64,000 nt of DNA from Podarcis cretensis. Its lineage: Eukaryota. The notes beneath the pieces are model-generated. The model was not told the origin of the DNA. It ran no database searches and saw nothing but the letters and a program-made list of their open reading frames with translations. This document shows, piece after piece, positions 49,109 to 60,640 of this stretch (the stretch's first letter is position 1; each line of letters begins with the position of its first letter). A program made the position numbers and the translations under genes. The stretch spans positions 66,030,001 to 66,094,000 of the forward strand of contig OX638150.1 in the NCBI GenBank assembly GCA_951804945.1. Direction: 5' to 3'.

Positions 49109-49983
49109 ACATATGGCATATGACAACTTAGTCTGCTCTCTGCAGGATGTGAGGAGAGGGCGCGTTATGCTAGAGTGAGTTCTTGTAGCATTATAGGACT
49201 GATACTTTGTATGTGTTCAACAAACGTATCTGTGGGGCTTTCTAAGCATCTACAGTATGTCATGCTTGTGATAAAGTGTCTGGACATTGCTGAGCTGGTA
49301 TGGTAGCATGGACATTCTCATTATTCAGAGAGCAAAGCTGTCAGTTCTTGCAGTCCTAAATCTGTGAAGGAAGAAAATGTCATTGATTGGGTGGATTTAA
49401 AACCTTTTAGACTGTGTAGCCTGTACTAGCTTTGTAGGGTAGACCGAAGTGTGAAGGAGGTCCTGGGCTGTAGAGACGCTAAGTCAGGTTGGTTAGTGTT
49501 GGAGCATAATCAAACCCCCCACTATCACTTTGAAAACTCACGAGTCCTTCTAACATAGCAAAGTCACATTCCCCTCCCCCAAGGCTCACTCATGATAACT
49601 ATCCATCTTGTAAAGATTGAGTCCATGCACCCTTATCAAGTGCATTAGTGATTTCAAGCAATCATTAACACCACCATATCTGGCTGAAATAGGGGGAAAT
49701 AGAGTTGGATGTCTGCATACTGGTGGCAGCTTACTCAGTTTCTAGACAGCTTCTCCCATTAGTTCCATGTTGAGACAAGATGTGGAACTTTTATAATTCC
49801 TCTGACCCGGTTATTGTAACTGATAATACACTGCCCTAAACTGTCAAATGTTGCTGTGGTGCTACTACTGTAGTTTAATGGTGGCACCATAACCATTTTT
49901 TTCACTTGGAAAAATGCAGCAGTGGTGTCTTACTGCTTATTGAATACTATTTGTCTAGAATTTATGGTGGTCTGACAAAAATT

Positions 49984-50157
49984 GGAAACATAGGAAGCTG
50001 CCTTACAGAGTCAGATCACTGGTCCATCTACCTTAATTTGGCAGTGGCTCTCCAGGGTTTTAGAGAGGGAGTTTTCCCCAGCCCCCTAGCCAAAGTTAAT
50101 AGGGACTAATCCTGGGACCTTCTGCATGGATAGCAGATGTTCTGCCACTGAGCTGTA
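49984..50157 (-). mobile_element. Squam3-like SINE
   Basis: ACATAGGAAGCTGCCTTA (tail, reverse complement) ... CCTGGGACCTTCTGCATG...CCACTGAGCT (head, reverse complement). Confidence 0.75.
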
Positions 50158-50785
50158 ATTGGCCATGGAAAACTGCTTCTTTTGATTGATTGTTCACTCA
50201 CAATGAACTCAGCAGAAATGAAGAATCTGCCCAATTAAAAGTTATTTGAAATCCAAGCTTTTGTGTATCATAGTTTAACTTTTGCCTCTTTTTGTGGTAC
50301 CAGCACATTCGTCAGAAAAAGCATCTTTTTTAAAGTTTGAATATTAGAGCAGCTCAGCTATAGGATTCCCTTATTTTTTTAATTTCTTGAGGAAGCAATA
50401 ATCTTGCCACCTAATTTACCCAGTGACTGTGATACCAATAGGAAAACAGCACAAAAACTTAAGGAAGCAATTAAAATACTCTTGCCCTTAATTTGAAGGA
50501 GCTGCTATTCTAGAATGCTATTCAAAAAGAGCATTGAAAATAAGTATTGCAGGTGTGATTGCTTACCCTGTTCCCACTTAGCCTGTTGGAAGCTGGCACC
50601 TGCAATAGTCAAGGCCAGCTGGGATGGGATAAAAAAAGTCATACCCATGAGCACAGTGGGTACTGTTTCCCTTTGTGCCTGCCAGGAAGAGAGAGTATGA
50701 GTGCAGTTAGATACAGAGGCAGTTGGAATGTTCCTCTGTTTTATCTCAAGATCTGTGGTTTGTGTGTATGTACTCCTCCCTCCCT

Positions 50786-51152
50786 GGGACGCAGGTGGCG
50801 CTGTGGGTTAAAGCCTCAGCGCCTAGGGCTTGCCGATCGAAAGGTCGGCGGTTCGAATCCCTGCGGCGGGGTGCGCTCCCGCTGCTCGGTCCCAGCGCCT
50901 GCCAACCTAGCAGTTCGAAAGCACCTCCGGGTGCAAGTAGATAAATAGGGACCGCTTACCAGCGGGAAGGTAAACGGCGTTTCCGTGTGCGGCTCTGGCT
51001 CGCCAGAGCAGCGATGTCACGCTGGCCACGTGACCCGGAAGTGTCTCCGGACAGCGCTGGCCCCTGGCCTCTTAAGTGAGATGGGCGCACAACCCCAGAG
51101 TCTGTCAAGACTGGCCCGTACGGGCAGGGGTACCTTTACCTTTACCTTTTTT
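50786..51152 (+). mobile_element. Sauria SINE, second (young, CpG-rich) subfamily
   Basis: Full length with (ACCTTT)n tail; 14-bp TSD TACTCCTCCCTCCC (50771-50784 / 51153-51166). Confidence 0.95.
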
Positions 51153-53061
51153 TACTCCTCCCTCCCATATTTTTTTGGTGGGGAGTGAAAGGAGTATGGG
51201 GGCTGGAGGTCACTTTTACTTGCTGCACATGACCAAATTAAAAGGTTGCTCTAAATTACCATTCAGAAGTTATCTTTTGTGGTCACAGTAATGGCACACT
51301 CTTGGAGAATATTAATAATTCAGCCATTCTAGTAGTAGGTAGAACTCCTGAGAAGTATCTTTGTATGTTTTGGAGAGAAGTGCTACATTTTTCAATCCTT
51401 TTGGAAGAAGCATTAAAAAAGCACGTGATTAAAAATGATACCGACTGGAAGAAGTTTTAATGCTGTCTTTAGCCAAACAGTTGTTGTGAAGTAGTAAGTT
51501 AGGTTGAGAGGGGAAAACATCTGGCCTGGTCATTGATGACATGGAATTCTCTTTCCATATTTGTTATATGAGGGGAAAACATCTGGCAGAACCATTATTG
51601 GGACAATAAAGTACTGCAAACACTCCATGTGTGACCAGCATCAAAACTGGAGGGTGCTCAGGTGCTGTAGGCTATCCTTAGCATAATCTATCTTGTCCCA
51701 GTTTGTCCTCCCAGTGGTACTTTTATGTGACGCATGGCTACATAATGAGAAAATTCAATAGGACTGCTGCAGTACAAAAATGCTTCCTCTTTCTTCTTTA
51801 CAGATAACTGATTTGTACAATATTGAAAGTTCTCCCTGTAGTTAGTTACAGGTGTTGTGCAAACGAAAAATATATTTCCTTGTTTGATTGCAGTGCCTTC
51901 TTTCTAACTGGAATGGCCATTGAAAGGTTTAGCTTAAACTGAATGTCAAGTCTGTTGGCCCTCTGTATATCCTGTATTGCCTACAGGTGACAGGTTTCCT
52001 TCATTTGCTGGCAGAAGGGCAGTGAAGCAGTATATCTGGCTCATTGTATCTCCCTCCCCATGGCTCTGTGTGTCTAACAGTATCACTTAAGGCTTACTGG
52101 TGATTAAAAGGCAGAGCCACGGGAGCTGGGTCACCAGCTGCTTCACTGGACTGATAAATGGGCATTACTTTTCTCTTGTTCATTCTTAATCCACCTAGTA
52201 CTTTCTCCACACTGACAGTGGGGCACTTGTGGATCAGGCAAGGATTTTGCTACTTATCCAATTTGCACAGTTATCAGGAGGGTGGGGACTACGATAGGGA
52301 ATGTCCCGTTCTCTCCAGGTACAGATAAGTCGCTGAGAGAAAAAGCAGCTGTGACCTTTTATTTTTGTAATATATACCTGTATATATGTTAGCCTTCTTA
52401 GTAAGTTCCTAAAAGTTACTAGCCTGCATTTTCTTTTTATTTGTCTGTTTTACCTCAAATGGGGAATTTCCCTAAAAATTTCCCCTCTCCCCAGGCTGGT
52501 CTGGAAATGCAGCAGGTTGGTGGAGGAGGCATGGATTGCTACCTGTCCGCTTGATTTCAAATTGGACGTGCAAGAAGGGGCTTTGCTTCCTGTATGTCCA
52601 GCTTAGAAGCACAGTTGGCTGGTGGATTGCTCCATTCCTCCGTATCTTGAGTGTTGTGCTTCTGCTTCTCTTCCTTTGTGGCCTCGGCGGAAGCCAAGTG
52701 GACTTGTGAAAGATGGACAGATTGCTCTGCTCTTCCTTTTCCAGACTACACACTGGGGTGTGGAGACAAGATTCCACATTCTCTCTCTGGTTGCCAGTGG
52801 TATCCAGATGAGTGGTTAAATGCAAGACTGGTGTATATGTTTTATCGCAGTAGTAATTGTTGGAATAAATCTTTTCATATTTATTTTCAAATCTTAGAGC
52901 CAAGTTCAGCAGTTTGGCTTTTGTTGCAGGTTGGGTCAGGTTAAAACTGTAGCATCTTTATGGTTTACTGTTTCATTGTATTTTTAAATGTTTGCTTGCA
53001 GGTAAATTTACTCAAATCAAAGTTTGGACATAATAGCTACCATAGCTTAACCTCTCAACCT

Positions 53062-53101
<40 letters not shown>
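53062..53101. repeat. (CT)n(GT)n compound microsatellite
   Basis: Seen directly. Confidence 0.95.
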
Positions 53102-53102
<1 letters not shown>

Positions 53103-53288
53103 TAAAATGAGCTAAAAGCACTGCTGTTTTAAAACAAATTGCACAAGCCTATACTTGAATTGCAGCATGCGTGAATGTCATATCACTTGATTATAAACTG
53201 AATCTTAATGCACTGTATTGCCTAACACAAAATAAGAAGGGACTGTGAGGCATCTTTTGATCTGTATATGTTTAAAATTGATATTGCA

Positions 53289-53810
53289 CCAGCGGTGTTG
53301 GAAATTCGCTGGGCACCAGTCACAATTTGTGACCGCCAACCGGCATTTTGCAACTGGATGGAGATGTCCGGATGCCATCCTTGGTGCCTAGCATCTCCCC
53401 CTGCCTGGCTGCAGTCAGCTGGTCTGCCAGGCACCATGGCAGCAAAAGAGACACGTCTTTCGCTACCACGCTATGCCGCCAAATGCCTGATTTGCCCAGC
53501 AGCGCAGCAGCAAAAGATGCATCTTTTGCAGCCATGCCATCCTGCATACCGCCTGATTCACTTGGCAGCAATAAACAAGTATTTTTTTTCTTGCTGCTGT
53601 GCTGCTGGGTGAATCAGATGTTTGGCAGGGTAGCGCGAGATGTGTCTTTTGCTGCCGCACTACCTGCAGACCATCTGATTCCGGTAGATTAATTTTTTTC
53701 CTGCAAGGCTGCTTGGTTTCCACCCTCCCCCTCAAAAGGCACCTAGACATTTTGTTTTGGAGCCCACAACCCAGGTCCCAGGAGCCACATGGCTCCTAAC
53801 ATTCCTATCC
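53289..53810. mobile_element. Putative non-autonomous DNA transposon with internal GC-rich hairpin repeats
   Basis: GC/CpG-rich island in AT-rich intron with repeated GCAGCAAAAGA..TCTTTTGC units in both orientations; ends not precisely resolved. Confidence 0.45.
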
Positions 53811-55344
53811 CAGTTTCTAATACTGTGTACCAGGCTATTGCAAATGAATCAAAAAAGGCAGAGAGCAGTGTTAGAAACTGAGATATGAAAGCTAGGAGCT
53901 AAATAGCACCTTATGTCTAGACTACCACTACATTACGCTTTATGGGGCTGCCCTTGAAGGATGTGATTTTCTTTGAATTTTTTTCTCCCCTCATCTTTTC
54001 TCTGCTCTTTTTGTGGAAATGAGCGCTTGATGTCTGCTTAACACTGGTGGACATAATAATTTTCAGAATAAATAATAACTTCTTGTACTATAATGTGCAT
54101 GATTTCTGCTTTTATTGTTTTTTCCTACTTCTCATAAAATGGCAAAATCAAAGAGTTGCTAGGTTCCTTGCTTTTAGCTCCATCTGTAAGAAAAACTTGA
54201 AATAATGAAATCAGTTTATAATTATTGTCTGAGTAAACTATTTTTAATACACCAGACATGACCATTCAATAGTAAATCAAAGTATGCATAATGCATTTTA
54301 TGTTCCTGAATTAACAAAATGACTTTCAATAGCAGTCATATTTCCCTAGTGTCAGAGGTTGAATAATATGGAGATCAGTGATGTGACTCACTGTTGAAAA
54401 GTTTGGTGTAAAGAGAGATGCAGAGCCAAAGCCCCCACATTTTCCATTGTCCTGACAGTGTCTTGCTTTGCGAGCCTCTTAAGAAACTTGAGGCAATCAG
54501 GTTGCTGCATTTGAGGCAACTAAAACAAAAGTGATGGAGGTTCTTTGCTTTCCTGAAATGGGCTCATTTTGATTTTTTTACATATGCTTTTGCAGGAGCA
54601 GTTCTTAACAATCTCCCATCTGCTTCTGTTCCAGTTATAGTGGATGCAGCCCAAAGAAAGTGCTATCTTGTTTAGATGGAGTGTGTTAGTTGCTGGTAAC
54701 CAGCATAGTAAATTTGTAATCTTATACTTGCAGGGGCTCAGCTAGTGAAGGTGTGTCCTTCAAGCAGTCACTTGAGGCCTGTTGAATGTTACTATTGTGT
54801 GTCTTTTGTTGACTTTTTAAAAAACAAACAGACAAACAAAATATATTGGCTATGTTTGCCAGCATCTGTATTTTCCCATCACCTTACACATTTTTCCTAG
54901 GCAGGACCAGCCATCCCTTCAAGTAAAATGAAGCAGGTGCTTTGGCAGCAGATTCCAAAATCAGTGTAACTATAAAAGGGATGTCATCAAAGTTCCTGGA
55001 GATTGACCTCTGGTGCTGACTGGCTTAACTGGATGATTGAGGTCACACTTTTCAGTGTTCAAGTGTAAGAACTCCCCTAACAGAACTACTTTGCAGATAA
55101 TGTTTTAAAATAGGTGGCTGTCATTTAAAAAGTGCTAGGTCCTGGTTGGAATATTCTTTTCAAGAAAGGAAAAAAAAAAAACCACAACAGGTATATTCTG
55201 TGGGCTGACATTTGAAGTTGATGTTTGCTTAAAGGTGCTGATAAGCTTGGGCTCTCTGTGCTCTGTTGCCAAAGGACCTCTGGCTGTATGTCAACCTCGC
55301 CCATATTCTTTTGAACTTCCTAAGGCAGGCTTTCAAAGGTTTTA

Positions 55345-55672
55345 CAGTGGTGCCTCGCAAGACGAAATTAATCCGTTCCGCGAGTCTCTTCGTCTAGCGG
55401 TTTTTTCGTCTTGCGAAGCAAGCCCATTGGCGGCTTAGCACTTTTAGCGGCTTTTAGCGGCTTATCGGCTTATTGGATAAGCAGATAAGCGGCTTAGCGG
55501 CTTAGAAAAGGGGGGGGGGAGGAAAAAACCCCCGCAGGAACTCGCAAGACATTTTCGTCTTGCAAAGCAAGCCCATAGGAAATTCGTTTTGCGAAGCACC
55601 TCCAAAACGGAAAACCCTTTCATCTAGCGGGTTTTCCGTCTTGCGAGGCATTCGTCTTGCGGGGCACCACTG
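55345..55672. mobile_element. Tigger/pogo-like MITE with internal tandem repeats
   Basis: TA-CAGTGGTGCCTCGCAAGACGAA ... TTCGTCTTGCGGGGCACCACTG-TA (22-bp TIR, one mismatch); internal GCGGCTTA repeats. Confidence 0.92.
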
Positions 55673-56155
55673 TATTACCCTTCACAAATGCTACTTGTGT
55701 AGCCACATATTACCAAGAACAGAAGTTTAAATGTATTTAGACTGTGTTTTTGTCACCCTGAACATGTTGCTTAATCCTTTTTCAAAAGTGGTTTCCGTCT
55801 GTTCAATAAATCCTACGTACGGTGTGCATACACATACATGTTCACTTTTATATTAAAATACCTGCATGCTTTCTGCAGAATAAAAGCTGTGGCCTTCAGG
55901 AGTGTAGAACTTGGTTGTGTAGCATATGTGCACCATGTACAGAAAGCCGTGGGTTAAATTCCAGGCATCTGTAGTTAAAAGGATCTTGGATTGCAGAGTT
56001 GTGAAAGCCTTTGCCTTAACCTCTGTTTTTTGTCGCTTTATTTGTACACATCCTTGAAGGTCAACTTGGAATACTTGTGTAACCTTAATGCAAAGTCTAA
56101 TCCCCCCCCCCCCCCCGTGTCGGAGCCATTATCTCTGGAATAAAAGTGTACATTA

Positions 56156-57222
56156 AGGCTGGGCAGTATATCAATATAATTGTTCACATCGTGATAATTT
56201 TATATTATTTGAGCTGGCAATATATTGCAAATCACAACATTTGTAAAGACTAGGTGATATCTGGTTTTCAACACTGCGATAGCTCACCAGCTAAACATCG
56301 CAATGTCATAGTGAATACAAATAATCTGGGACTGCCACCAGGCCTGCTAGGAGGCAGAAGCAGCAGTGGCAGAAACAGCTCACCCTGACCGTGATACGTA
56401 TTGGCAGAAATGGCAACAACCTGCAAGGCCTTGTGCTGGTGGCACAATCAATGGTGGCCAGCGAGTACTTGTGGTGGCGACAGGAGCTGGTGACACAAGT
56501 GGTGACAGCCTGTGAGGCTTTGCGATGGTGGCACAAACAGTGGCAGCGATAGAAAGTGACAGCAGTAGCAGCAGCGGCCTGCAAGGTCTTGCAGGGGTGG
56601 CAGGAGGTGGGGGCAGTAGCAGCGGCTTGCAAGGCCTCGTGGTGGCGACAAAAAGTGGTGACAGTAACGGCAGCAACCTACAAGGCCTCACAGCAGCGAT
56701 GGGAAATGACAGCAGTACTGGTGGCAGCCTGCGAGGGAGTGATGGCATTAACCGCACCCTGCAAGACTTTACAGCAATGGGAGGTGGCGGCCAGTAAGGC
56801 CATGCAGTGGCAGCGGCAAAAAGTAGCAGCAGTAATGAAGGTGACCTGCGAGGACTTGTGGTAGTGATATTGTGGATTCTGCCGCCACCGGGCTGCTGGC
56901 AATCTGGCAGTCCCAGATTATTTTTATACACTATGACTCATCACCATACTCTGGATTGTCCTGAATACTACAATTTGGTAGGCAAGTCCAAAACCAAAAG
57001 TCTCATTTGGATGCCTTTTGGCTTGCCTGTTGATGAAAGTGACCATGAGGTGATTGATAATATCAGTTTTAGACCCTTAAGTAGTAACAGTTGCTAGGAC
57101 ATTGTCCTGTTCAGCTCTGCATGGTTCCTTCTTTATTTCAGATATCTTGATATATTGATAATATTGTGACATTTAGCTGGTGATATATCACGATATTGAA
57201 AACCAGTTATCGTTCAGCCATA
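56156..57222. mobile_element. Composite foldback DNA-transposon-like element
   Basis: Nested inverted repeats (56305-56337 / 56905-56937; about 56255-56297 / 57168-57212) around GC-rich tandem units; hAT-like ends GGCTGGGCAGTAT / TATCGTTCAGCC. Confidence 0.6.
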
Positions 57223-57811
57223 GTGTGCTATTGCAAGCTGACCACATGGATTTTGCTCACCTGCTTGCTAATCTTTCTCGTGGCAGAAAGCTGGTCAGGT
57301 GGAAAAGATCCACATGATCGGTCTGATCGTATGGATATTTTTTCCCAGTGGCATGGGAATGCATTATAGGGATGTTGCTCACTGTACTTAGAGAGTATTC
57401 TGGATATCCTTTGGCTTTGAAGGAGTAAGGATTGGGATTATTTCTGGCTGGGCAATAACTCTAGACCCTGCTGGTCGTCCTTGCTTAATTGTCCCTTTTG
57501 AGTTTGCAGCTGCTTGCATGAGCCAGAAAGCAAGCAGCAGTTTGTTCTGAGAATTTCTTTTGTCTGGCTTTGCAAAATGTAAGAGTTTATTTCATGTTTG
57601 TTATCTTGGTAACATTAAAGCTGCCTCACTGACAAACTGCTCTGATGCAGTTTTTTGTGTTTAGCCTGGTTGAATAGTATCCATCTCAAATGTTAGTGAA
57701 TTTGAGGAATAGGTTGCTGATGCTGATGACACAGTATGGTTATTAAAAGTATGACACAGTATGACACAGTATGGTTATTAAAAGGAGAAGGGGTGTGGAT
57801 GGTTTCTTAAA

Positions 57812-57949
57812 ACAGGTGGAGAAACCAATGGTCTTCCAGATGTTGTTGGACTACATCTCCCACAATCCCCGATCATTGGCCATGCTGGTTGGGGCTGATT
57901 CAAGTTGCAATCCAGCAACATTTGGAGGGCTGCAGGTTCTCCAACCCTG
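57812..57949. mobile_element. Palindromic hAT MITE, older
   Basis: CAGGTGGAGAAACC...CCAGATGTTGTTGGACTACA...GGTTCTCCAACCCTG, same family as 5102-5237. Confidence 0.7.
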
Positions 57950-58689
57950 CTTTAAAATACATTTCAAAAGATGTTAGCTTTTTCAAAGTGGAGATAAAGA
58001 AATGTTTATTTGAGCTATAACTAAATTCAGTTACTTTTGCTTGGACATAAATGCTGTTAGAAATCTTTACTCTCTTGTAAACAAACAAAACTGAGCTTTT
58101 ATTATGGTTTGGGCTCATAGATAGCTCCTAAAGCTGCAGCTGGTGTATGGAGAGAGACAAGCCAAATGCTATAAAGTGCCACATGGTTTTAAACCACGAT
58201 TAGCGATGTAGGCTGACTCAGCAAAAATGTGCAAGGTTCTCCCTCTATCAGTATAATGGGCTGTTTTGAAAACTTGCATAAGCTCCTTTTCATAGTTCAT
58301 TGTTTGTTGCAGATAAAACGTTGCAAGCCTTACAAAAATAATGGCCAGAAAGATTGCTGTTTTAGTCTGCGGCATCAAATAAAACAGACTTAAAAATTAA
58401 CAAATTTGTTGTGGGATAAGCTTTCATAGAGTAAAGTCTGCTTCATCTGATGCATGAGGTGCTATCATAAATTGACATGTAATTATAATAATTTGTATAA
58501 TGAACGACCCAGTTAACATTGTATGGGCTCCTAGAGAGGAGATTGTAGCTGTTTTGCTGCTCTCTGGTCACCAGTCCAAATGCTAAACAGGCTTGGAGCT
58601 GGCCTCAAACCATATCATTAAATATTAGCTATTTGTATACTGTCCTTGATAAGTGATGTACAGCACAGGTTCGATATATTTTTTTTTAA

Positions 58690-60640
58690 AGATTTTCATA
58701 TTACCATCAATGGTTCCCAGGGTGGCTAATGGTATTTTTGTGCATTAAGATACAATAAATATAAAGCAATATTAAAACCATCAAATAGTGTCAAGTACTG
58801 TCAATTATAGGAATAGGGAGCTTAAAATACCAGATATATTTTTATAAATCCTGGGCAAATAAAGTTTTTGCATGGCACTTAAAAGATAAAGAAGGAATCA
58901 AGTGGGTTTCATAGGAGGGAATTCCAAAGACACTATAACACAGCTATAAATGTTCTTTCTCTAGTTTCCATCTCCCTCTCCAATTGGTGGAAAATGTCAC
59001 TAAATATTGATATATGGGTAGTAGGGACTAGGTGTTGTTTTAGATACCTGGATCCCAAGCTGTGAAGGATTTAAAAGTGAGCACCTTGACTTGATATTGG
59101 AAGTTGATGAACAGCTGGGAAAAAAAAGAAAGAAAGAAAGAAAAAGGAAGTTGATGAACAGCCAGTAAAGGTCTTTTTTATTATTATTTTTCAAAAATCA
59201 TATTTCTAATTAGAGATCCTAGTTTTTCTAAAATGTAGCTGCTAGAATTCTAACTGCAGCTTGCAAAATCTGTTCAGGTCCCTCGTAACACATTGCAGCA
59301 AAGTATGGATAACTGGCTAGACTGTTTGTGTCCAGGTTCATCAGAGTTCTTCCATTTCTCTCTTTAAAAACCCTGGTAATTTCCATGCTAATCTGAGGAA
59401 AGCTTGGGAGATCTTCCCCATCTCTAGTAATTAGCCATGAGTGGTAAAGATCAAGTGAACAAAAAGTAGGTTACATAGCCCCAAGCACCTTGTCTTGCAT
59501 TTTCAAGCTGCATCAACTGAAATTCATCCCACAATGCTACATCAGACAGTGCTTTTGACACATCCTCGGACTGAACTGCCATAATTGTGGCATCTAGACT
59601 CTGATGAAGGTGAAGGTAAACGATTTTGTCTTGACAACATGTTTAGCAAACATGTTACAGCAGGCGCTGAAGGTTTTTTGAATCCTTTCATGTGGTACTA
59701 AGCCATGAGCTGCTTGGAATATCTCTGCTGGACACCACTCCCAAGTATGTGATGGTTAGCAGAGAAGTGTTTCCTTGCTGTTATGGCCACAGAGTAGGCT
59801 CAGTAGTGAACTTTTACCTGTGTTTAGTCATATTCGATGTGAGCCTTCTACCACCTGCATTCTAGTAGTCTTGCTGCCTGCTTCCTTAGCTAAGTTACTA
59901 GGTAAACCAGGGACCAGGCTCTGCCCTGTGAGAGAGAACCCTTAGGAACAATTGTGCTAACTTCCTGAGCAATTGAGACGAAGGCTTGGTGTGCTGGACA
60001 TGCCAACAGGAAACTCCTTGAGGACTTTTTGGAAACCCTGAATTAAGTTCATTTCTGGACTGCCCTACTGGATTTGCTGCCCCTACAGAGGGTAGTAGTT
60101 GCTGCTGGCTTAAACCCAGCAGGAAGTGGTCTGAACGTGACTGGGGAGGTACTGAAAAACCCTCCACACCACAGTGCAGTTGAGAACTCCAGGTCTGTAG
60201 CGTGGTACACCATAGTAAGTTGCCCTGCCCCAGACCAATTTTGGTGCTGCATCAATACGGCAAGTGGGTGTAGCTGAGAGAGTTCCCTTCCTTCAAGAAT
60301 AAATAATGAATAGTAGTTTAGTTATAATTTACCTGGTATTTAACTGGTAGGTCATCTTTTGCAACCTGGGTGGCCAGCCTGTGGGACAGCCAGCAGTTCT
60401 TTATTGCACACAGGAGTAGAAGAGGGTGCCTCTGGCATAAGAGTCCATCCAGTATGCCTGCCACGTTGCAGTCAGATCTCTTGCTCAGTACGCTTGAGGC
60501 AGAATTGCAGTGAGGCATGGAGGTTGGATTTGCATTGAAGGCTTTATCATTGGGTTTGATGACAAAAGTGGTTGATGAACTGTGTTTTACTATTTGGATG
60601 TTGAAGGCAAGAGTGGAAATTGTCCAGAACAATTAAGTGA
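58690..60640 (-). mobile_element. Highly degraded L2-like LINE remnant
   Basis: L2-type 3' signature at about 58850-58970 (GGAGGGAATTCCA...) and weak endonuclease-like translation near 60200-60620; many stops. Confidence 0.45.

Noticed and set aside
53400-53700. CRISPR-like repeat/spacer appearance
   Set aside because: Vertebrate DNA, degenerate repeats in both orientations, spacers similar to each other, no cas genes.
56306-57097. Several 90-183 aa ORFs on both strands
   Set aside because: They arise from the GC-rich tandem array inside the foldback element; low complexity.
57718-57786. GCTGATGACACA (ADDT, RT-motif-like) with duplicated TGACACAGTATGGTTATTAAAAG
   Set aside because: No surrounding RT homology; a simple local tandem duplication.
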